Below, piece after piece: positions 51,730 to 61,544 of a DNA stretch of 64,000 bases. Where the stretch lies: NCBI GenBank assembly GCA_026023565.1, contig JAPETS010000006.1, positions 124,001 through 188,000 on the forward strand. Direction: 5' to 3'. Origin of the DNA: Cirrosporium novae-zelandiae. Taxonomy: Eukaryota. Below the pieces are notes generated by a model. It was not told the origin of the DNA. It searched no databases and saw only the letters and a list, made by a program, of their open reading frames with translations. A program made the translations under genes and the position numbers. How positions within the stretch are numbered: the first letter of the stretch is position 1; every line of letters starts with the position of its first letter.

Positions 51730-52518
51730 ATGCAAGACCCCAATGAAACAAAATCTCTGACCTCCTTCAAGTTCCTTGCATTTGACATATATGGCACCCT
51801 TATCGACTGGGAAAGTGGAATCGTTTCGCATCTCTCTCCACTAGTATCTCAATTACCCGAAGATGATCCCCTGAAGAAAGACCGCGTTACTCTATCCAAA
51901 AAATTCAATGTAATAGAAGGCAGTATACAAGCGGAACATCCTCAATTGGAGTACAGCAAAGTCCTGGCACTAGTATACTCCGGCTTGGCAAAAGAGCTTG
52001 GCGTCCAAGCCGACTCGAAGGAAGCCGAGGAGTTCGGCGAGAGCGTGGGAACATGGGCTGCATATCCCGACACCGTGGAAGCCATGAAGATATTAGGAAA
52101 ATACTACAAGATGGCACCGCTATCAAATGTTGACCGCGCCAGCTTTGGTCGCACACTCGCGGGGCCCCTGAACGGAGTCGAGTTTTCGGCGATATATACC
52201 GCGCAGGACATCGGGTCGTACAAGCCGTCGCTGAAGAACTTCCACTACCTTATCGAGCATGTGAAGGATGAGTTTGGGATCGAAAAGAACGAGATCCTGC
52301 TTACGGCGCATAGTCTCTTTCACGATCATGTTCCGGCCAAGAAGATGGGGCTGCATAGTGCGTGGATTTCCAGGGAGGGCGCTGATAGTGGGATGATGGG
52401 CAGTATGGAGGAGCTGGTTGGCAGTCAGCAGGTTGGGTTCGGGTGGACGTTTAAGACTTTGGGGGATATGGCTAGGGAAGTGGAGAGGGCTTTTAAGGAA
52501 GAGAAGGAGGGGAGGTGA
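51730..52518 (+). CDS. Haloacid dehalogenase-like hydrolase (HAD type II)
   Basis: FDIYGTLIDWE, LSNVD, IYTAQDIGSYKP and AHSLFHDHVPA. Confidence 0.92.
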   Translation: MQDPNETKSLTSFKFLAFDIYGTLIDWESGIVSHLSPLVSQLPEDDPLKKDRVTLSKKFNVIEGSIQAEHPQLEYSKVLALVYSGLAKELGVQADSKEAEEFGESVGTWAAYPDTVEAMKILGKYYKMAPLSNVDRASFGRTLAGPLNGVEFSAIYTAQDIGSYKPSLKNFHYLIEHVKDEFGIEKNEILLTAHSLFHDHVPAKKMGLHSAWISREGADSGMMGSMEELVGSQQVGFGWTFKTLGDMAREVERAFKEEKEGR

Positions 52519-53828
52519 ATGGTGGTGGGGGTGTCTTGCTTGCAATGGATTGGGCATGGTCATGTATGTATGCGTGAAGCCCATGAAGTAGTTACGATGT
52601 TATGAATAAGTTGCATTGTGTTATCTTAAAAAAAAAGAGCATGACTCTAATATTTCGATCTTGAAAGTAACATATTTGTTGTGTCCGTTCATGGCCTTTC
52701 AATACTAGCGAGGCTACTTGACAAGATATTGGAATACAAGCATTCACATCGAGGCTGATGAAAGGGTGGATTTTGTCTGATTGTATCAAGTGTGCAACAC
52801 TACATACTAGCTAATAACTTGAGGTTCTTGGATATGATTTATTCATGTTATTGTGAATATGTGTGGCAAAAGACTCTTCGGAGGCTGATGTTTAATGAAC
52901 ACGCAAATACAGTTAACGTCTGATATTTTAATTGACCCCTGGCATAATGACCAATCCCTGTAGTGTATAACATGCTTTGGTTTTTTTGGTTCCGTTTCCG
53001 TGATGCATGTTGCTTTCCCCTCTATTCCCGTTCCCCTTCTCCTTATAATCGGTAATAGTGGATTTTGTTGCGATTAAATAGGGACAAGAACGCGAAGTGA
53101 GGTACCCTAAGCTTTTTTGGACTCAGCATATTCTTCATAAACCATGGTTTGTAATAATGTCCTGATAATAAAAGGTTCAAGTATCGTGTCATCTTCCAAG
53201 TCTCTAGCATGCTTGAGGGTCTAGAGGTTGAAGATCTCAAGAAATAGTTTCTTTCATGATAAGAATGTAAAAAGTGCTTACGCAAGTGTCGAGTTATTAG
53301 GACACTCTTGTTGTTTGTGTTGTTAACTAAATATGAGAACATTCCTTAAATGTAGATTTATACGTAACTTGCGAAGCCCCACACAAGTTGAGGGCAATAG
53401 CTATGAACGGAAAGAAACACATGGTCCGTGGAAATTAGTTGGCACTGATAGTGGATGACCGGTATTTAGGTATAAATTGGCTGCATTATAACAGGGACGT
53501 TGGCAAACATAATGGTCTAGTATATGATGCATGAAATATCTATAATCTAGTAAGTTGCATGTGGTTGATCTTCGACATTTCACCAACCCCACATTAGCTA
53601 AGAACGGAAAGGTGGAACATGTAACGAATTATCAATCAGATAATCAACCGGCCCTTGTAAGGAGTATCAAATCCCATATCCGATCAAGTTATATACTTAC
53701 AAATCCTAGGCCAACACTTCTACCTTTAAAATGCTAGAGACTAGCCTTCTAAATATAGTCTATCAACCTACTATGGATTAAAAACATATCCAAGGTTATC
53801 TTGATCTATCTAGCAACAACTACAATTT

Positions 53829-54521
53829 ATGACCACTCCAGTTACAATTGAGGGTTTGCAAATTGCTCCAGGGTTCAACATGACTTCCCTTCTAGAGAGG
53901 GCTCTCTCCCTCATAGATGCCGCCCATTCCCTTGACCCCAATATTATCACGCTCTCCTCTGGTTCCACTGTTCCATATGAGCTCCACTATGCCCAAAGGA
54001 TGACCTCTTATCTGAATCGTCTCTTACAATCTTCATCAAACCTTCTTTGCCTTGCTGTTCGTGCTCAACATTTTCGCCGCTGGGAAGTTCCCCGTGATAC
54101 TTATCCCCGGACTAAAGTAGGATATCTGGCTTGGCGAGAAGGGCTCAAGAAACGGCAGGCAGAACTTGTGAAGGCAATATGCTTGGATAGCGGGTATTCT
54201 GCTGGCGATGCAGGAAGAGTCGGTGCATTAATTCGAAAAGAAGGACTGAAAGAAGGTGACGAGGAAGTATAGGTACTGGAAGATGTGGCCTGTCTAGTAT
54301 TTCTAGACGATCAATTTGAAAAGTTTGAGAAAGACTATGGTAACGAAGATAAAGTAGTAGATATTTTGAGGAAATCTTGGAAAAAGATGTCGCCTAAGGG
54401 AAGGGAGGTTGCTGGAGAAATAAAGTTGGATGGACGAGCAAAAGATGTGTTGGCTAGAGCACTCGCCAGTGCCGAAAAAAATACGCCTGAGCCTAATATA
54501 TATATCCCGAAACCATCATAA
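53829..54521 (+). pseudogene. DUF4202 family protein with one in-frame TAG (54270-54272)
   Basis: IDAAHSLDP, PYELHYAQRMT, AQHFRRWEVPR..YP, GYLAWR, DEEV*VLEDVACLVFL and ILRKSWKKMS all lie in one frame. Confidence 0.8.
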
Positions 54522-54697
54522 ACCCGAGTTGCTCTCCTGAAGTTCCCCTTCCCCCAGGTCTCTTTTCCACTGAGCGCCATATAATGGCTGAAGATGGAGT
54601 ATAGAGCCGTTATAATCTTTCGTCATATCCCAGGCGCAGAGAGCATTAATACTATTATAATAAGGAGTTATTGTATGATACAATACTGAAAGTCCCG

Positions 54698-55243
54698 TTA
54701 ATGACTCAAAGCCTTAGCCAACCAAATAAAGCCAACTACTGATACCCCTCTCACGATGTCCATTTGGATGGCCGATTTCAGTCCTGCCTAGGCGACTTCC
54801 TTCCGACTCCATCCGTAGATGAGACATATTTTATATAACCGAAGATGAAGAGAGCAATTCCAATAACGCCAATGCTGATATACAGAGTCCTTAGAACGCC
54901 ACTTTTAATCACTAGGTACGGAATAAGTGGAACAAGTCCACCAATAAAGTGGCCGATAGCTATTGTTATTACAGAAACGAGCGCCCTGCTTAGGCGTGGT
55001 TCCTCTGCTTTATAGTGGAACGTGAGCAAGAACCGCAATATCCTGTCGGGGGGCTAGAGCAAAGGGGACCATGAGACCATCAGAAACCCTAAAGTCGCTT
55101 CGGCAATCACTTTTGCAGGTGCTCGAATTTGGTAAGGCTGAATTAATGTTACTATTTAGACAAAGCCCTTTTGCTCTTGAGTTCCTATAATAAGCGACTG
55201 GTTTAATGGACGTGGTCATTCTAAGCTGGTATATCTTCTCCAT
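54698..55243 (-). pseudogene. CCC1/VIT1 vacuolar Fe/Mn transporter relic
   Basis: AKVIAEATLG/SDGLMVPFALA (1-nt frameshift) joins almost directly to RFLLTFHY...SRALVS...IGHFIGGLVPLIPY...LFIFGYIK. A further frameshift and a TAG precede AGLKSAIQM. The central part is missing. Confidence 0.8.
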
Positions 55244-56239
55244 GTGAAACGGGGTTTGTGTATACTGTATAATGATGACTTGTATGGTACGGTGGAAGGC
55301 CTTGGGTACGAGTGCTTAAAAAAGGAGTGTGTACAAAACTGAGAGGGGGGTTAATTATAAGAAGAACCGAGAAGTATCAAACAACCTTGCCACTTTGCTA
55401 TTCGGATGCTTGCTTCCAATCATGAATCAAGATCATCGACCACCTCTTTTCTGGATTACGGTTATTTAGGCGGATTCCCGGTACATTCATTCTCCTAATG
55501 TGTAAGAGCAAAGTAGAACATGTGTAACGGCATGCCAAGCACGTGCGCTTCGTAGGCGCATAGGCGAGGCTGGCATATGGCTCAACCCTTATGTAGGAGA
55601 ACGCTGCTTGATTTATCAAGGCAGCGTTCGACTTTTGTATCTACAGAAGGAGCACTTCGAAAGCTATCATCATTACTTGCGTCTTGCATGCGAATAGCAC
55701 GTTATACCTATTAGTTATATATTCTATTGCCTCACTAGTCTACCACACTGCCTGTACTAAGCGCTGCCTTTACATGTATGGAATGAGATGGAAGCTCATT
55801 TCACTACAAGTTTGTCTATATGCTCGAGGAATCATCTATAACCAATAGTAATAGCGTTATTGGTTTACAAATACCTTTAAAGATATGGCATGACATTATG
55901 GCAAGTGTGCCTAAATAACGCAGTTCACGTTATGTATACTTGAAATGTTTGATCGACGGAGAAGATCGATCTCTTCGAAAGCCTACAGTAATTTTTTCTT
56001 ATACGATACTGCAAATCATATAGCAATCAGGACCTACACAATAATTTGTATAGAAACATGGATATATGGATGTATCAGAGTAGGCGTGTTGATTCATTTT
56101 ATCGTATCAATATAAACCAATATTATAGAAGCACCTCCCCTAACATGCATGCATCACCGAATTCCTGCCAATAGACGCTCATTAAGAATCCACAAGCACA
56201 CTTGTCTTTGATTCGGTAGTCTTGCAGCTTAGGCTCCCC

Positions 56240-56482
56240 CTACGCGCCGCCCTCTCGTTTCGCATACTCCTCCTCCATGCGCTCTTCATACAGTTTCTCT
56301 GCCGCTAATTCTGCCTCACTCTTCTGCTGGCCCACTGCACCTGCACTTCCGCTGCTAACTTCAGCATCGGTAGTATTGTTCGTTGTTTGATGCTGGGTGT
56401 TAGTTGTTTCGGCGGCTGGGGCAGAGAGGGCCTCAGAGTTGGAAGGGTTTTCAAGGGAGGATGTGGTTAATGGGATGGGCAT
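56240..56482 (-). CDS. Small conserved fungal protein (80 aa)
   Basis: A low-complexity N-terminus precedes the C-terminal motif AEKLYEERMEEEYAKREGGA, which I recognise from filamentous ascomycetes. Confidence 0.75.
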   Translation of the reverse strand: MPIPLTTSSLENPSNSEALSAPAAETTNTQHQTTNNTTDAEVSSGSAGAVGQQKSEAELAAEKLYEERMEEEYAKREGGA

Positions 56483-57032
56483 CTTGATGATGAATGTAGC
56501 AGAGGATGATTAAATTTACTTGTATGGATTGGATGAAATTCGAGTGTCTTTGTAGAAGAGTTTAGGAATACAATAGGTAGGAGTAAAGACATCATGGAGA
56601 GGAGAGATGTGGCATTTACTCGAGTACTATCGTGAGTTATTGACGTCATCTGTGGCAGTGCAGCATCATCTCCTATAATATTAAAGGTCATATATAACCA
56701 AACCCAATCCCCTCAACTAACCAGATGCTGATTACTTTTCATCACCCTTGGATTGACCAATTCCACCAAAGAGAAACTATTTTCAGCTGTAAGAATTGCT
56801 GTAAGGGTTTGGGCACCAGAGACGCCTAAATGACGAATCACGACGAAACACGAAAAGGGCAAAGACGCGCTGACTTAATTTAGTACCTATACCTATGCCT
56901 AAGTAGTCGCTTTAAATTAATTTACTAGCATTCATCAATTTATGTTGTGTTGAAGGAGACTTTCAATCAACATTTGGTGTTAATTGAAATCCATTTTTGT
57001 ATTTGAAAAAGTTCACAAAGTCTCCAGGCAAA

Positions 57033-60000
57033 ATGGACGACGGACCTGTTCATCTTGGGGACCAAATACATTCAATGGTCTGGGATTATACCTCTCCAAT
57101 AAATCAACTCCAATCCAGTGAATGTGCCCGTCTTCTCGATGATATTGGCAGACTTCGTTCTCAAGGCATCAACCATTCCTTACCCCTTCCTAGACTCATT
57201 GTTTGTGGTGATCAGTCTGTAGGGAAAAGCTCCGTTCTCGAAGCCATATCTCATGTGAAGTTTCCTACAAAGGACCAACTTTCTACGTGTTTTGCTACAG
57301 AGCTCATACTACGCAAAACTCCTGGGAATTCATCGGTCGCAGTCACAAATGATACCGGCCATTTGAAAGGTATCCCCGCTGTCAAGAAAGGAAACGATTG
57401 CCCCTAGTTTACTGCGAACTGATATTTATCTAAATAGGAACCAGTGTTACTTCGGTCACTATTGAGCCAGGAAAGTCAAGATCTCATGAAGATGAAAAAA
57501 GGCTTCAGGAATTCAAGCCTAGTTTAACAACTATTGATAATTTTCCATCTTTGGTTGAACAGGCAAAAGAGGCTATGGGGACATCTCCTTCGGGAGGCTC
57601 TCTCTATGATGATATTCTACGAGTAGAGGTTTCTGGCCCATACATGCCTCATCTCTCTATTGTCGATCTTCCTGGACTTATTCATTCTGAAAATAGCCAA
57701 CAGGCTGCTGAGGATGCCGAACTTGTCTCAAACCTAGCTCAATCATACATGGCAAACCCTCACAGCATTATCCTAGCTATCATATCTGCAACAAATGATT
57801 ACGCCGATCAAATTGTGCCAAAGCTAGCTCGGACGTTCGACAGGGATGGGACTCGTACACTAGGTTTAATCACAAAACCAGACACGCTGCATCCTGGTTC
57901 TGATAGTGAGGTAGCGTTCCTTAGACTAGCTAAGAATGAAGATATCCACTTCCGGCTTGGCTGGCATGTACTTAAAAACCGAGATTATAACACGTCCGAT
58001 CCATCTGCCAAAACTCGTGATGAGGCCGAAAGAATATTCTTCTCCTATGGTTCTTGGGCAGGTCTCAGTTCAACTTGCGTGGGTATAGCTGCCCTTCGAA
58101 ACCGACTGAGTAAAATCCTGCTCGAGAACATTAGCAATGAATTACCGAACCTCGTTGGAGAGATCAAACGCGGAATCGATGATTGCTATAACAAATTGGC
58201 TAAACTTGGGGCTCCACGTCCTACAACAACTGATCAAATATCATTCCTCACAGGTATTAGTCAGACATTCCAATCTCTTACAAGAGCAGCCATCGATGGG
58301 AATTATGGTGATCCGTTCTTTGGAGATTCAACCTTAGAATCAAGCTATAACAAACGTCTTCGGGCTGTTATCCAGAGTTTAAACCAAGACTTTGCTACCT
58401 CAATGAATCTACGTGGGATGCATCGGTGGATTGTGGAAGATCTCCCTTCAATAAAATATGAAGGTTTCCCAGAAACTATAACGAGGGCTAGCTTTATCGA
58501 AGAAATACGGAATTCTCTAGAATGCAATAGAGGTTGCGAACTTCCTGGCACCTTTAGTCCACTTGTTATCGGAGACCTTTTTTTCAGGCAAGCAGCGCCC
58601 TGGAAGGATCTAGCTGATGACCATATTACCGATATCTGGGATGCAGCCAGGTCATACTTAGAATTAGTGATAAGTGAAATCTCAGACAAGAGAACTTGCC
58701 AGGCTTTGTTACGAGAAGTTATTGATCCAGCTATGGACACAAAATTGGATATATTGCGGACCAAGTTGCAAGAACTCCTTATACCACATCAAAGAGGTTA
58801 TCCAATCACTTACGACCGGAATTTCACTGAAAAAATCCAGTTGTTGAGGCATGAACGTCAGGTTAAGAATACCACAGAAAAACTGTCCCGTTACTTTGGA
58901 CTCCAAACAGAGAGACCAAGTGCCAACACTGACATCCAGCTTCCATATTTATCTTTCGATAATGGCAAGAAAAATGAGGGCATCTCGACAGAATCTAGCT
59001 CAACCGCATCTTCAGTCTTTCCCAGTCAAGATAGTCAGCCTATGGGAAATGTTTCAGACCTAGTTGCGGCTCTAACATCCTATAACGTGAGAGATATGCA
59101 TAAAGACATATGCTCAGAGATGTTGGATTGCATGGAAGCCTATTATCAGGTATTACTAAGTCCCCCCAAGAAAACCACTACCATCCTAACCATTCCTCCA
59201 AGATTGCCATAAAAGTATTCGTTGATAATGTCGCTGCTATTGCAGTCGAAGGTTGTCTTATGGATGGGCTTGTAGACATTTTGTCGCCCTTCTCCATATT
59301 ACGAATGGACGCAGATATGATCACAAGGATTGCTAGCGAATCTGACGAAGCTTTAAATGAACGTCTTTATGCTACCCAGAAGCTTAGTGTTCTAGAGGCG
59401 AGTCTGCAGACCTGTAAACGTTATGCTCCTCGGAAGCTCACTAGTAAGTTTTTTTCCTTCTTATAGCCTTTTGCCCATCTATCGTTCACATATATTACTT
59501 GGAGATGTCCACATGTCATAGGCAGATATGCATCAGTCAAACTAGTTATTTTATTAACTACTGTATGAGCCTGATCTAGCTCATCTTCAATGATGAGGGC
59601 ATCAGTGTTTTTAAATTTATTTTCGAGTGCTAATTCTCTATTTAGATAGGGCTAAGGCACCCACTATATCACCAGTTAAATTAGAAGTGAAACATAATGA
59701 ACAAAACTTAGACGCTGTTACACCCACTTTTAGCAATTATGAATCAGATCTCAATTCAACAGTACGATCAAAAGGAACATCAAATGCCTTTGACACACTA
59801 GGAAATGCAGATGCAGAACCTCTACAAAGTCCCCCTCAACGCCCTTTTTCGGTACCCTTGTCAGGTCCGGCAGCTTCTTTCTCACAAATTCTGGTCACCC
59901 CTTCTACTTCAGCAGCACCATCAGAAATAGCATCGAATGGAACAGCCAAGGAAGAGACCTTCTCTAAGGAGCCTGGAAATAAGTTCACTTTTAGTGAAAA

Positions 60001-60103
60001 TCCTTTCCCTAGTCCAGTATCATCTCCAAGGTTTGGTCGAGGGGCGGGGAGCTCTTCTGCTTTTGGGGGATCTCTTTTTCAAGGTAGTTCTCCCTTTCAA
60101 TAA
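57033..60103 (+). CDS. Mx-like dynamin-family GTPase; introns 57370-57437, 59150-59202, 59444-59645; possible spliced extension to 60928
   Basis: G1 GDQSVGKSS, G2 TCFATE, G3 DLPG, G4 TKPD, LGWHVLKNR, RGCELPGTF, and GED region YYQIAIKVFVDNV. All three introns keep the frame, and a Ser/Pro-rich tail follows. Confidence 0.9.
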
Positions 60104-60417
60104 CGGCATTCTCGACATTTTTTGGCTATAGCGACTAGAGGGTCGAGACAAGATATAAGCCGATTTATTGCAGCTTTCTTTTGCTTAAACTAAGGTGGAA
60201 CTTTGAGCTGCTTTTACAAGGGCATAATTTGTTGAAGACAGGCAACTTGGCTCTCATGAATAAAAGGTTCATGGGTATCCCTAAATATTATATCTGACTT
60301 GTTCGTTTGATTTCAAAATGTATTTCTTCAACTTTACTGAACAAACAATGTCGCCCACCCTTTACGACCCAGATATTCTAGGCAAGTCAACTTGCAGATT
60401 ACTAACATGTTCTCCAG

Positions 60418-60928
60418 GTACTCATTCAACCCAAGATATCTCGAATCAGCACGGCAGAAAGCCCTCGACCAAAGGCCTAGGAATCTTTCACAAACAACAA
60501 CAGACGCTTGAGCCTCAAACCCAAACCCAAGCCCAAGTCCTAGCCCAAGCCTCGCTACAAGCATCATTAACCGAGAAGAAATGGTTCAAAAACTACGGAA
60601 CGAGTTGTCTGCCTTCTTCTATCTGTTTTCGATTTCTAGAGGGGAACTTACCAGGTACCACCGAGGTGTACGAGGCTATAAGCGCGCTGAGGAATTACGA
60701 GGACTACTCCTTCGAGGTGCGTGTGTAAAAATCTAAATAATAATAATTCAAAATGTCATCCCCTATCCCCCAATGTACACTTCTTTTTTCTTTGTTAGCT
60801 GATATATATATCTTTCTCTCTATTTTTAGGAACTTCGATTATCGGATTACATTTTAAGCCAGAAGTCAGACCTTAGCCTGGAGACCCCCCTCCCTCTTTC
60901 CGGGCGGGACAGTGTGGGACGTCCATAG
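60418..60928 (+). CDS. Exons encoding a Nup98/Nup116-type GLEBS-like motif (60418-60716, 60830-60928); either 3' exons of the dynamin gene or part of a small separate gene
   Basis: A phase-0 intron (GTGCGT at 60717 to TAG at 60829) reconstitutes YEAISALRNYEDYSFE|ELRLSDY. An upstream branch point CTAAC and CAG acceptor lie at 60417. Confidence 0.65.
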
Positions 60929-61544
60929 GGTGACGCTGGAAATTAGTTAGCAATAGTCATTTCGAGGAGAGAATTTTTGATTCACTGGGTGCCCCCTCCC
61001 CCCCTAGAGCAATGAATTGATAGATTCTCTCTCCTCTTCTTTCTTTCATTCCTTCCTTCCTTCCTTCTTTGGCGTTCATTGAGACATTCTAGCGATTGAA
61101 AGTGTGAACCGGAAGGGGGGATGTTAAATGCTAATATGTCGAATACTACTACTACTACTACTACTACTTTGTTACTTAAAAACGGTTCAAGAATCTTATC
61201 TGTAGGCCTGATTATTTGAATCACCATCACCATCTCCCCCCATTTTATTTTATTTTTGTTAAAAAATCTATGCGTAATGCCATACACAACAACACAACGG
61301 TACTCAACTCAACTCAACGAACGAACGAACGCGCTATCGTACATATACACATTCAAATCAAGTTTCCCACCAAAAACCAAAAACCCACAACCCACAAACA
61401 ACAACAACATCATCATCATCACTAAAAAAATATTTTGCAAATAAAATGTCTTTTTTCCCCCAGATTGGATCCAAAATAGATTTTAAAATAAAGAAAGAAA
61501 TGTTGAATCCCCCCCCTCGCTTCAATTAAATTTTATTCAATCAA

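Noticed and set aside
59444..59645. snoRNA in the long third dynamin intron (ATGATGA present)
   Set aside because: There is no downstream CTGA box D inside the intron and no recognisable rRNA guide.
60382..60417. 36-nt GC-AG intron making the GLEBS exons a standalone gene from ATG 60348
   Set aside because: It is shorter than typical fungal introns and has a non-canonical donor. It is less favoured than the 60084 donor but not excluded.
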